A stretch of DNA of 64,000 bases from the IMG/VR virus record IMGVR_UViG_3300005611_000010; one strand, written 5' to 3'. How positions within the stretch are numbered: position 1 is the first letter of the stretch; each line of letters starts with the position of its first letter. Below the pieces are notes generated by a model. It had not been told where the DNA came from, made no database searches, and saw only the letters and a list, made by a program, of their open reading frames with translations. This document shows, piece by piece, positions 18,801 to 28,066 of the stretch. The stretch comes from an uncultured virus (IMG/VR IMGVR_UViG_3300005611_000010) (lineage: Duplodnaviria; Heunggongvirae; Uroviricota; Caudoviricetes). The position numbers and the translations under genes are program-made.

Positions 18801-21800
18801 GAGCCTGATGACCCGCGCGTACCTGACGTACCCGCGCTACCTGACGTGCCTGCGCTACCGCTTGAACCTGCGCTTCCACTTGTCGCTGAAGAGCCTGAAG
18901 AACCACTCGTTCCCGTGGAGCCCGAAGAACCCGTACTTCCGCTTGAGCCTGCGCTTCCACTTGTACCTGAAGTACCTGCGCTTCCGCTTGAACCCGAACT
19001 ACCGCTTGAACCTGAAGAACCATTTGCTCCTGAAGTGCCTGAAGAACCCGATGTAGCAGATGAGCCACTTGAGCCCGCGCTTCCTGAAGAACCACTTGAT
19101 GCCGATGTTCCTGAAGTTCCCGCAGAGCCTGAAGAGCCTGCACTACCTGAAGTTCCTGAAGAGCCATCTGCACCTGCTGTGCCTGATGTTCCCGCAGAAC
19201 CCGAAGAACCTGCACTTCCTGAAGAACCTGCGCTACCGCTTGTAGCAGAAGAACCTGAAGACCCTGAAGTTCCTGTAGAGCCACTTGAGCCGCTTGTTCC
19301 TGTGCTTCCTGAAGACCCTGAAGTTCCTGTGCTTCCTGATGTACCCGCAGAGCCTGAAGAGCCTGCGCTACCGCTTGTAGCACTTGAACCACTTGAGCCG
19401 CTTGTTGCTGAAGAACCTGATGAGCCTGATGTTCCTGTAGAACCACTTGTTCCTGCACTTCCACTTGAGCCTGCACTTCCACTTGTACCACTTGAACCGT
19501 CTGCACCTGCTGTGCCTGATGTACCTGCCGTACCCGCAGAACCACTTGTTCCCGCAGAGCCACTTGACCCTGCTGAACCCGATGTTGCAGAACTACCTGA
19601 AGAGCCTGAAGTTGCTGAAGAGCCTGAAGAGCCACTTGTTCCTGTAGAACCCGAAGTTCCTGCGCTTCCGCTTGAGCCTGCGCTTCCTGATGTTCCTGAA
19701 GAACCGTCAGCACCTGCTGTTCCCGAAGTTCCCGCGCTACCTGAAGTTCCTGCTGAACCGCTTGAACCTGCGCTACCGCTTGTAGCAGAAGAGCCACTTG
19801 AACCTGACGTAGCAGAAGAGCCACTCGAACCTGACGTTCCCGTAGAACCGCTTGAGCCTGATGTACCCGTAGAACCGCTTGTACCTGCACTTCCACTTGA
19901 GCCTGCTGAACCACTTGTCCCTGAAGAACCGTCTGCTCCCGCTGTGCCCGAAGTTCCTGCTGAACCGCTCGTTCCTGCGCTACCTGAAGAACCCGCAGAG
20001 CCTGAAGTAGCCGAACTGCCTGAAGAGCCACTTGTACCTGTACTTCCACTTGAACCTGAAGTTCCCGTAGAGCCTGAAGTACCTGCACTACCTGAAGAAC
20101 CTGCGCTTCCTGATGTTCCTGAAGAACCGTCTTCGCCTGCCGTACCTGAAGTACCTGCTGAACCTGAAGAACCTGCGCTTCCGCTTGAACCCGCGCTTCC
20201 TGAAGTTGCAGAAGAACCACTTGAACCACTTGTACCCGTACTTCCGCTTGAGCCTGATGTGCCCGTAGAGCCTGAAGTACCTGCTGAACCTGAAGAACCT
20301 GCGCTTCCTGATGTTCCTGAAGAACCATCTATACCTGCTGTACCTGAAGTACCTGCTGAACCACTCGTTCCCGCACTACCACTTGAACCTGCACTTCCAC
20401 TCGTTGCAGAAGAACCTGAACTGCCTGATGTGCCCGTAGAACCGCTTGACCCTGACGTTCCTGTAGAACCTGATGTGCCTGCTGAACCACTTGAGCCCGC
20501 ACTACCTGAAGTTGCAGAAGAACCTGAACTACCTGATGTGCCCGTGCTTCCACTTGAGCCCGCGCTTCCTGAAGTACCACTCGATGCCGATGTACCTGAA
20601 GTACCCGCAGAGCCTGAAGAGCCTGCGCTACCCGAAGTACCTGAAGAGCCATCTGCTCCTGCTGTGCCCGAAGTTCCCGCACTACCTGAAGTACCTGCTG
20701 ACCCGCTTGAGCCTGCACTACCACTTGTTGCTGATGAGCCACTTGAACCCGAAGTCGCTGAAGAGCCACTTGAGCCCGATGTTCCCGTCGAACCACTTGA
20801 GCCTGATGTACCCGTAGAGCCGCTTGTTCCTGCACTTCCACTTGAGCCCGATGAACCACTTGTTCCTGATGAACCGTCTGCTCCCGCTGTGCCCGAAGTG
20901 CCCGCTGAACCGCTTGTTCCTGCACTTCCTGAAGAGCCTGATGAGCCTGAAGTTGCAGAACTGCCTGAAGAACCACTTGTACCCGTGCTTCCACTTGAAC
21001 CTGAAGTTCCTGTAGAGCCCGATGTGCCTGCGCTACCTGAAGAGCCTGCGCTTCCTGATGTTCCTGAAGAACCGTCTGCGCCTGCTGTTCCTGATGTACC
21101 TGCACTACCTGATGTACCTGCGCTTCCGCTCGAACCCGCGCTTCCTGATGTAGCAGAAGAGCCACTTGAACCGCTTGTACCTGTGCTTCCACTTGAACCT
21201 GAAGTTCCTGTTGAGCCTGAAGTTCCTGCGCTTCCTGAAGAGCCTGCGCTACCGCTTGTTCCTGAAGAGCCGTCAGCACCCGCTGTACCTGATGTACCTG
21301 CCGAACCGCTTGTTCCTGCACTACCTGAAGAGCCTGCGCTTCCGCTTGTAGCAGAAGAACCGCTTGAACCTGATGTAGCAGAAGAGCCACTTGAACCACT
21401 TGTACCCGTAGAACCTGAAGTTCCTGTGCTTCCTGAAGAGCCTGCGCTTCCTGATGTTCCTGATGAACCATCCGCACCTGCTGTTCCTGATGTACCCGCA
21501 CTTCCTGATGTACCTGCTGACCCGCTTGAGCCTGCGCTTCCACTTGTTGCAGAAGAACCTGAAGAGCCCGAAGTTCCTGTTGAACCACTTGAACCCGATG
21601 TCCCCGTAGAGCCGCTTGAGCCTGAAGTTCCTGTAGAGCCTGAAGTTCCTGCGCTTCCGCTTGAACCTGCGCTACCGCTTGTTCCTGAAGAGCCGTCAGC
21701 ACCTGCTGTACCCGAAGTACCTGCTGAACCACTCGTTCCTGCACTTCCCGCACTTCCTGAAGAACCTGAAGAACCTGAAGAACCTGAAGTAGCACTTGAG

Positions 21801-24800
21801 CCTGAAGAACCCGATGTTCCCGTAGAACCACTTGAGCCTGAAGTACCCGTTGAACCACTTGTACCCGCAGAGCCTGAAGAACCTGAACTACCTGATGTAC
21901 CGCTTGAGCCGTCCGCTCCTGATGTTCCTGATGTACCCGCACTTCCGCTCGTACCCGCAGAACCTGAAGAGCCGCTTGAACCCGAAGTAGCAGAACTACC
22001 CGAAGAACCTGAAGTACCTGTGCTTCCACTTGACCCTGAAGTTCCTGTTGAACCTGAAGTTCCTGCGCTTCCGCTTGAACCTGCTGACCCGCTTGTTCCT
22101 GAAGAACCGTCTATACCCGCTGTACCTGAAGTACCCGCTGAACCGCTCGTTCCTGCACTACCGCTTGAACCTGCGCTTCCGCTTGTTGCAGAAGACCCTG
22201 AAGAGCCTGAAGTTCCTGTTGAACCACTTGAGCCCGACGTTCCTGTCGAGCCGCTTGTTCCTGCCGACCCTGAAGAGCCTGCTGAACCACTTGTGCCACT
22301 TGAACCATCTATACCTGCCGTTCCTGATGTGCCTGCCGAACCACTTGTTCCTGCGCTTCCTGAAGAACCCGCAGAACCTGAAGTAGCAGAAGAGCCACTC
22401 GAACCACTTGTGCCTGTAGAGCCTGAAGAACCGCTTGTAGCAGAAGACCCCGAAGAGCCACTTGTTCCTGTTGAGCCACTTGTTCCTGCACTACCACTTG
22501 AACCTGCCGAACCGCTCGTTCCTGAAGAACCATCCGCACCTGAAGTACCTGCTGTTCCTGCACTACCTGAAGTTGCAGAAGAGCCGCTTGAGCCGCTTGT
22601 ACCTGTAGAGCCTGAAGAACCCGAAGTTGCTGAAGAACCACTTGAGCCCGACGTACCTGTCGAGCCACTTGTTCCTGCGCTTCCCGAAGAACCTGAAGAA
22701 CCTGAAGTTCCACTTGTTCCGTCTTCACCACTTGTTCCTGCTGTTCCCGCAGAGCCACTTGAACCTGCCGAGCCTGATGTGCCGCTTGAGCCATCCGCTC
22801 CACTTGTTCCACTTGAGCCCGATGTTCCTGCACTACCGCTTGAACCTGCTGAACCTGAAGTTGCAGAAGAGCCGCTTGAGCCGCTCGTTCCTGTGCTTCC
22901 TGATGAACCTGATGTTCCTGTGCTTCCTGAAGTTCCCGCAGAACCACTTGAACCTGCACTTCCTGAAGTCCCACTTGAGCCATCCGCTCCACTTGAGCCC
23001 GAAGTTCCCGTTGAACCTGAAGAGCCTGATGTTGCGCTTGAACCCGAACTACCTGAAGTTGCAGAAGAGCCGCTTGAGCCGCTTGTTCCTGTGCTTCCAC
23101 TTGAACCCGAAGTTCCTGTTGAACCCGAAGAACCGCTTGTTGCTGATGTTCCTGCCGTGCCCGCAGAACCACTCGTACCTGCTGACCCCGAAGAACCTGA
23201 TGTACCTGATGAGCCATCTACACCCGCAGTTCCTGAAGAACCGCTTGTTGCAGAAGACCCTGAACTGCCTGATGTACCCGATGAGCCGTCCGCTCCACTC
23301 GTTCCTGAAGTACCTGCACTACCTGCACTACCACTTGAACCTGAAGAACCTGCCGACCCTGATGTAGCCGATGAGCCTGAAGAGCCGCTTGTGCCCGTAG
23401 ACCCTGATGTTCCTGTTGAACCTGAAGTACCCGCGCTTCCGCTTGAACCGCTTGAACCTGAAGTTCCTGAAGAACCATCTATACCTGATGAACCTGCTGT
23501 TCCTGCTGAACCTGAAGTAGCAGAAGAACCTGAAGACCCTGAAGTGCCTGATGAACCGTCTGCTCCTGAAGAGCCGCTTGTACCCGTAGAACCACTTGAG
23601 CCACTTGTAGCAGAAGAACCTGAAGAACCTGATGTACCCGAAGAGCCATCTGCACCACTTGTGCCTGCTGTTCCCGCTGAACCTGCTGTTCCTGCTGAAC
23701 CTGAAGTAGCAGAAGAACCTGAAGACCCACTCGTTCCCGTAGAACCACTTGAGCCCGACGTTCCCGTCGAGCCGCTTGTACCTGCGCTTCCTGAAGAACC
23801 CGAAGAACCCGATGTTCCGCTTGTTCCATCCTCACCACTTGTTCCTGCTGTACCTGCACTTCCTGATGAACCTGCGCTACCGCTTGTACCTGAACTACCA
23901 TCTGCTCCACTTGAGCCCGATGTTCCTGTGCTTCCTGATGAACCTGAAGTTGCTGAAGTTCCTGCTGTTCCTGAAGTACCGTCTACACCTGAACTACCTG
24001 AAGTAGCAGAAGAGCCTGAAGACCCTGAAGTTCCCGTACTACCTGAAGAGCCTGAAGTTCCTGACGAACCATCCGCGCCTGAAGTACCACTTGATGCCGA
24101 TGTTCCTGAAGTACCCGCAGAACCTGATGAACCACTTGTACCTGAAGTACCATCTACACCTGCCGTGCCTGATGTTCCTGCTGAACCTGAAGTTGCAGAA
24201 GACCCGCTTGAGCCTGATGTTCCCGAAGAGCCATCCGCTCCTGATGTACCTGCTGTTCCTGCACTACCTGAAGTAGCAGAAGAGCCCGAAGACCCGCTTG
24301 TTCCTGTAGAACCACTTGAACCCGACGTTCCTGTCGAGCCGCTTGTTCCGCTTGAGCCTGATTCCCCTGCTGTTCCTGAAGAACCCGAAGAACCCGAAGA
24401 GCCACTTGTTCCACTTGAACCATCTGCTCCACTTGTTCCTGATGTTCCCGCACTACCTGAAGTTGCTGAAGAACCACTTGAACCCGATGTACCCGAAGAG
24501 CCATCCGCTCCCGATGTTCCTGCTGTTCCCGCAGAACCACTTGAACCCGAAGTAGCCGAAGTTCCTGCTGTACCCGAAGTACCGTCTACACCCGAACTAC
24601 CTGAAGTAGCAGAAGAGCCACTTGAGCCGCTCGTTCCTGTAGACCCTGATGAGCCCGAAGTTCCTGATGAGCCATCTGCTCCGCTTGTACCACTTGATGC
24701 CGATGTTCCTGCTGTTCCCGCAGAGCCACTTGAGCCTGATGAACCCGAAGTTCCTGATGAACCATCTGCTCCCGAAGTACCACTTGAACCTGCGCTACCA

Positions 24801-27800
24801 CTTGTTCCCGAAGAACCTGATTCTCCTGATGTTCCTGATGTTCCATCTGCACCCGATGTGCCTGATGAGCCTGCGCTTCCTGAAGTAGCAGAAGAGCCCG
24901 AAGACCCGCTTGTTCCTGTAGAACCACTTGAACCCGACGTTCCTGTCGAGCCACTTGTTCCGCTTGAACCTGATTCTCCTGAAGAGCCTGATGAGCCACT
25001 TGAGCCGCTTGTACCACTTGAACCGTCTGCTCCACTTGTACCGCTTGAGCCCGCGCTTCCGCTTGTTCCGCTTGAACCTGATTCTCCTGATGAACCTGAA
25101 GTACCTGAACTACCGTCTGCGCCACTTGTACCTGACGTAGCCGCTGTACCTGATGTACCTGCGCTACCCGATGTCGCACTCGAACCTGACGACCCCGAAG
25201 TAGCAGAAGAGCCCGAACTGCCTGACGTACCCGTAGAACCTGAAGACCCCGATGTCCCCGTACTTCCACTTGTTCCGTCCGCACCTGATGTGCCGCTCGA
25301 ACCCGACGATGCGCTCGTTCCTGATGTTGCAGAAGACCCCGATGTCCCTGCGCTACCACTTGAGCCACTTGTTCCTGTACTTCCTGAAGACCCACTTGTA
25401 CCCGTGCTCCCCGATGAGCCTGAAGTACCTGTGCTTCCTGAAGAACCTGATGTCGCAGACGAACCCGAAGTTCCTGATGTTCCGTCTTCACCTGCGCTAC
25501 CTGATGTGCCACTTGTTCCTGCACTACCTGAAGAACCTGAAGTCCCCGATGACCCTGATTCTCCTGATGAGCCTGAAGTAGCAGAAGAGCCGCTTGAGCC
25601 GCTCGTTCCTGTTGAACCGCTTGAACCTGAAGTTCCTGAAGAACCTGATTCTCCTGATGTTCCTGATGTGGCTGACGTTCCCGATGTTCCGTCTGCACCA
25701 CTTGTTCCTGATGAGCCTGAAGTTCCACTTGAACCCGACTCACCCGATGTGCCTGAAGAACCTGCTGAACCTGAAGTTCCTGTAGAACCACTTGAGCCCG
25801 ACGTACCTGTCGAGCCGCTTGTTCCGCTTGTTCCATCTATACCTGAAGTTCCTGATGTGCCTGCGCTTCCTGAAGTTCCACTTGAGCCTGATTCTCCTGA
25901 TGTGCCCGATGTTCCTGTGGAGCCTGAAGTTCCACTTGTTCCATCCACTCCTGAAGAACCCGAAGAGCCCGACGTTCCTGTCGAGCCGCTTGTTCCACTT
26001 GTGCCGTCTACGCCTGAAGTTCCTGATGTGCCTGCGCTTCCCGATGAACCTGATGAGCCGTCTGCTCCTGATGTGCCACTTGAGCCTGATTCACCTGAAG
26101 TTCCTGATGAACCATCAATTCCTGATGTACCCGATGAGCCGTCTGCTCCTGATGTGCCACTTGAGCCTGATTCTCCTGATGTGCCTGAAGAACCGTCTTG
26201 TCCGCTCGTACCACTTGAACCCGATTCTCCTGATGTTCCTGATGTACCATCTGCACCTGATGTTCCTGAAGAACCATCTACACCCGAAGTTCCACTTGAG
26301 CCTGCGCTTCCTGATGTTCCTGAAGAACCGTCAGCACCTGCTGTGCCTGATGAGCCGTTCGCTCCTGACGTGCCGCTTGACCCCGAAGAGCCTGAAGTTG
26401 CAGAAGAGCCCGAAGTGCCGCTTGTTCCATCTTCACCTGCGCTTCCGCTTGTTCCTGATGTTCCCGCACTTCCACTTGAGCCCGATGTACCCGAAGAACC
26501 GTCTGCGCCTGACGTTCCTGATGAACCTGATTCTCCTGACGTTCCTGATGAACCCGACTCGCCCGAAGTACCTGAAGAGCCATCCGCTCCGCTTGTTCCC
26601 GAAGAACCTGATTCACCCGATGTTCCACTTGACCCATCCGCACCTGACGTGCCTGAAGTACCATCTGCTCCTGAAGTTCCTGAAGAACCATCTGCTCCGC
26701 TCGTACCACTTGAACCTGATTCTCCTGATGTTCCTGAAGTACCATCTGCGCCATCTGCACCTGAAGTACCCGAAGAACCATCCGCTCCGCTTGTTCCCGA
26801 AGAACCTGATTCACCTGATGTTCCTGATTCGCCTGAAGTACCTGAAGAGCCATCCGCACCTGAAGTGCCTGAACTTCCGTCTGCTCCTGACGTGCCGCTT
26901 GAACCCGAAGACCCTGAAGTAGCAGAAGAGCCCGAAGTGCCGCTTGTGCCATCTTCACCTGCGCTTCCGCTTGTGCCTGATGTTCCTGCGCTACCGCTTG
27001 TGCCGCTTGTTCCTTGCCCTCCTGAAGTACCTGAAGTTCCTGCTGAACCTGAAGTTGCAGAAGAACCTGAAGTTCCTGAAGAGCCTGTTAAACCCGAAGA
27101 GCCCGACGTTCCCGTCGAGCCGCTTGTGCCATCTGCTCCTGAAGTTCCTGATGAGCCGTCTGCTCCACTTGTACCTGATGAGCCTGTTTCTCCTGATGTC
27201 CCTGAAGTTCCATCCGCTCCCGAAGTTCCACTTGAGCCTGAATCGCCTGATGTTCCTGAAGAGCCATCCGCTCCACTTGTTCCTGAAGAGCCATCCGCTC
27301 CACTTGTTCCTGAAGAGCCCGAATCCCCCGACGTTCCGCTTGAGCCATCTGCTCCGCTTGTACCCGATGAGCCGTCTGCTCCGCTTGTTCCTGATGAGCC
27401 CGTTTCTCCTGAAGTTCCACTTGATGCCGATGTTCCTGATGAACCGTCCGCTCCCGAAGTGCCTGAACTTCCGTCTGCTCCCGAAGTTCCACTTGAACCG
27501 TCTGCTCCGCTTGTACCTGATGACCCTGCTTGTCCCGATGTTCCCGACGAACCATCTGCACCACTTGTTCCTGAACTTCCTTCTGCTCCCGAAGTCCCCG
27601 ATGACCCCGTTTGACCTGAAGTACCTGAAGTTCCTGCGCTTCCGCTTGAAGCAGAAGTTCCCGCTGTACCTGAAGTGCCCGTAGAGCCCGAAGTCCCCGA
27701 TGACCCCGCCACTCCTGAAGTACCACTTGTACCCGTCGGTGCTGTCCTGTAGTAAAATTCTCCCGTAGCCGTGTCTACGACTACAAAATCGTTTAAAGAT

Positions 27801-28048
27801 AAATCTTGGGTAATGTTGGGAACGTCAAGAGTACCTGTGACTTTTAGGTTTGTCGTTTCAACGGTATATCCCGTTAAATCATCATTTATAGTCAATAAGG
27901 TTCCTGAAGTTCCTGTAAACGTCAAAGATTGGGTAGACGATTGTACTTCGAGCACAATGTCTGTACTGCCATTGATAAAATCAATTTTCGGTAGTTCCGC
28001 AGGATTTGTCGAATTCCTGTACGGAGTGATTAGTATGTTTTTAGCCAT
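15875..28048 (-). CDS. Giant (4057 aa) Gly-X-Ser fibre with C-terminal intramolecular chaperone (peptidase S74)
   Basis: About 3650 aa with Gly at nearly every third position; C-terminus SSDARYKEN...GVIAQEIE..LPEIV...VKYEKLVALLIEAIREL. Confidence 0.9.
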   Translation of the reverse strand: MAKNILITPYRNSTNPAELPKIDFINGSTDIVLEVQSSTQSLTFTGTSGTLLTINDDLTGYTVETTNLKVTGTLDVPNITQDLSLNDFVVVDTATGEFYYRTAPTGTSGTSGVAGSSGTSGSTGTSGTAGTSASSGSAGTSGTSGQTGSSGTSGAEGSSGTSGADGSSGTSGQAGSSGTSGADGSSGTSGADGSSGTSGADGSSGTSASSGTSGETGSSGTSGADGSSGTSGADGSSGTSGDSGSSGTSGADGSSGTSGADGSSGTSGDSGSSGTSGADGTSGTSGETGSSGTSGADGSSGTSGADGTSGSTGTSGSSGLTGSSGTSGSSATSGSAGTSGTSGGQGTSGTSGSAGTSGTSGSAGEDGTSGTSGSSATSGSSGSSGTSGADGSSGTSGADGSSGTSGESGTSGESGSSGTSGADGSSGTSGADGADGTSGTSGESGSSGTSGADGSSGTSGADGTSGTSGADGSSGTSGESGSSGTSGADGSSGTSGESGSSGTSGESGSSGTSGADGSSGTSGSSGSAGTSGTSGSAGEDGTSGTSGSSATSGSSGSSGTSGANGSSGTAGADGSSGTSGSAGSSGTSGVDGSSGTSGADGTSGTSGESGSSGTSGQDGSSGTSGESGSSGTSGADGSSGTSGIDGSSGTSGESGSSGTSGADGSSGSSGSAGTSGTSGVDGTSGTSGSTGTSGSSGSSGVDGTSGTSGSTGTSGTSGESGSSGTSGSAGTSGTSGIDGTSGTSGSTGTSGSSGSTGTSGSAGSSGTSGESGSSGTSGSSGTSGADGTSGTSATSGTSGESGSSGTSGSSGSTGTSGSSGSSATSGSSGESGSSGTSGSSGSAGTSGTSGSAGEDGTSGTSGSSATSGSSGSTGTSGSSGSTGTSGSSGSTGTSGSSGSAGTSGSSATSGTSASSGSSGTSGADGTSGSTGTSGSSGSTGTSGSSGSSATSGSSGSSATSGSAGTSGTAATSGTSGADGSSGTSGSSGESGSSGTSGSAGSSGTSGADGSSGTSGSSGSSGSSGESGSSGTSGSTGTSGSSGSTGTSGSSGSSATSGSAGSSGTSGADGTSGTSGESGSSGTSGSAGSSGTSGADGSSGTSGSSGSSGSAGTAGTSASSGTSGADGSSGTSGSSGSTGTSGSSGSSATSGSSGVDGTSGTAGTSATSGSSGSAGTAGTSGADGSSGTSGSSGSSATSGSAGTSGTSGADGSSGTSGSSGSSGSSGTAGESGSSGTSGSTGTSGSSGSTGTSGSSGSSATSGSAGTAGTSGADGSSGTSGSSGSSATSGSAGTSGTAGVDGTSGTSGSSGSAGTSGTSASSGTSGADGSSGTSGSSGSTGTSGSSGSSATSGSSGVDGTSGTAGTSATSGSSGSTGTSGSSGADGSSGTSGSAGSSGSAGTAGTSGEDGTSGTSGSSGSSGSAGTSGSTGTSGSSGSTGTSGSSGSSATSGSAGTAGSAGTAGTSGADGSSGTSGSSGSSATSGSSGSTGTSGSSGADGSSGTSGSSGSSATSGSAGTAGSSGIDGSSGTSGSSGSSGSAGTSGSTGTSGSTGTSGSSGSSATSGSAGSSGSSGSAGSAGTSGTSGADGSSGTSGSSGSSATSGSSGTAGVDGSSGTSGSSGSAGTSGSAGTAGTSATSGSSGSTGTSGSSGSTGTSGSSGSSATSGSSGSSATSGSSGSTGTSGSSGADGSSGTSGSAGSSGSAGTSGSTGTSGSSGSTGTSGSSGSSATSGSAGSSGSAGTSGSSGTSGADGSSGTSGSAGSSGSAGTAGTSGEDGTSGTSGSSGSSGSAGTSGSTGTSGSSGSSATSGSSGSTGTSGSSGSSATSGSAGTAGTSGADGSSGTSGSAGSSGSAGTSGSTGTSGSSGSSATSGSSGSTGTSGSSGSSATSGSAGSSGSAGTSGSAGTSGTAGIDGSSGTSGSAGSSGSAGTSGSTGTSGSSGSTGTSGSSGSSATSGSAGSSGSAGTSGSAGTSGTAGIDGSSGTSGSAGSSGSAGTSGSTGTSGSSGSTGTSGSSGSSATSGSSGSSGSAGTSGSAGTSGTSGADGSSGTSGSSGSSGSAGTSGSTGTSGSSGSTGTSGSSGSSATSGSSGSSGSSGSAGSAGTSGSAGTSGTAGADGSSGTSGSAGSSGSAGTSGSTGTSGSSGSTGTSGSSGSTGTSGSSGSSATSGSAGSSGSAGTSGSAGTSGTAGADGSSGTSGSAGSSGSTGTSGSTGTSGSSGSSATSGSSGSSATSGSAGSSGSAGTSGSAGTSGTAGADGSSGTSGSAGSSGSAGTSGSTGTSGSSGSTGTSGSSGSSATSGSAGSSGSAGTSGSAGTSGTAGADGSSGTSGSAGSSGSAGTSGSTGTSGSSGSTGTSGSSGSSATSGSSGSSGSAGTSGSAGTSGTAGADGSSGTSGSSGSSGSAGTSGSTGTSGSSGSTGTSGSSGSSATSGSSGSSATSGSAGSSGSAGTSGSAGTSGTAGADGSSGTSGSAGSSGSAGTSGTSASSGTSGSAGSSGSTGTSGSSGSSATSGSAGSSGSAGTSGSTGTSGSSGSTGTSGSSGSSATSGSAGSSGSAGTSGSAGTSGTAGIDGSSGTSGSAGSSGSAGTSGSTGTSGSSGSTGTSGSSGSSATSGSAGSSGSAGSSGSAGTSGTAGEDGSSGTSGSAGSSGSAGTSGSTGTSGSSGSTGTSGSSGSSATSGSAGSSGSAGTSGSAGTSGTAGADGSSGTSGSAGSSGSAGTSGSTGTSGSSGSTGTSGSSGSSATSGSSGSSATSGSAGSSGSAGTSGSAGTSGTAGADGSSGTSGSAGSSGSAGTSGSTGTSGSSGSSATSGSSGSSATSGSAGSSGSAGTSGSAGTAGTSGTAGADGSSGTSGSAGSSGSAGTSGSTGTSGSSGSSATSGSSGSSATSGSAGSSGSAGTSGSTGTSGSSGSTGTSGSSGSTGTSGSSGSSATSGSAGSSGSAGSSGSAGTSGTAGADGSSGTSGSAGSSGSAGTSGTSASSGSSGSAGSSGSSATSGSSGTSGANGSSGSSGSSGSSGSAGTSGTSGSAGSSGSTGSSGSTGTSGSSGSSATSGSAGSSGSAGTSGSAGTSGTRGSSGSSGSTGSSGSTGTSGSSGSSATSGSAGSSGSAGSSGSAGTSGTSGANGSSGSSGSSGSSGSAGTSGTRGSSGSSGSTGSSGSTGTSGSSGSSATSGSAGSSGSAGSSGSAGTSGTSGANGSSGSSGSAGSSGSAGTSGTRGSSGSSGSTGSSGSTGTSGSSGSSATSGSAGSSGSAGSSGSAGTSGTSGANGSSGSSGSSGSAGSSGSSATSGSSGTSGANGSSGSSGSSGSAGSSGSSATSGSSGTSGANGSSGSSGSAGSSGSAGTSGTRGSSGSSGSTGSSGSSGTSGSAGSSGSAGSSGSAGTSGTSGANGSSGSSGSSGSSGSAGTSGTSGANGSSGSSGSSGSSGSAGTSGTRGSSGSSGSTGSSGSSGTSGANGSSGSSGSSGSAGSSGSSATSGSSGTSGANGSSGSSGSAGSSGSAGTSGTRGSSGSSGSTGSSGSSGTSGANGANGSSGSSGSAGSSGSAGTSGTSGANGANGSSGSSGSTGSSGSSGTSGVNGATGAAGSSGSSGSSGSAGTSGTRGSSGSSGSTGSSGSSGTSGANGATGAAGSSGSSGSSGSAGTSGTRGSSGSSGSAGSSGSSGQTGAAGSSGTSGANGANGSSGSSGSSGSSGSSGQTGAAGAAGSSGTSGSSGQTGAAGSSGTSGANGAAGAAGTSGTAGTSGYEGHLAIWKYSTSTSMTDPTAGFFRFNAAIGSSPSVFVIDDVAHSPAVNLGQILDVALVFTWVKFVKKTDPSTYAYYQLDANGIPRSGYAEYQGNVIAQAGTWNNNDEFLVFFETAGSSGSSGASGAAGSAGTSGTAGSAGTSVSISGTNNTVVKFTGGGSSLGDSNITDDGTTVTVSTSKVKVATSLAVGNITPSGTTGRIDAANDVVAFSSSDARYKENVVRIGNALDKVLSIGGYEFDWKPEHKIHHGFEGHDVGVIAQEIEAILPEIVTTRDSGFKGVKYEKLVALLIEAIRELNEKVDKLK
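16796..27733 (-). repeat. About 10.9-kb degenerate 9-bp-period coding repeat (GTS/GSS/GSA/GAD)
   Basis: Directly visible; synonymous positions highly varied. Confidence 0.95.
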
Positions 28049-28066
28049 CGGGTGCTATTCTTCATT

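Noticed and set aside
17196..27614. 3472-aa plus-strand Pro/Glu/Val/Leu ORF and the many other alternate-frame ORFs over the giant repeat
   Set aside because: Shadow frames of the Gly-X-Ser repeat, whose restricted codons avoid stops; confined to the repeat, with no unique domains, and antisense to the operon
16796..27733. Possible CRISPR array or ice-nucleation protein
   Set aside because: No constant repeat with unique spacers; period is 3 residues rather than the 8/16/48-residue AGYGST pattern of InaZ
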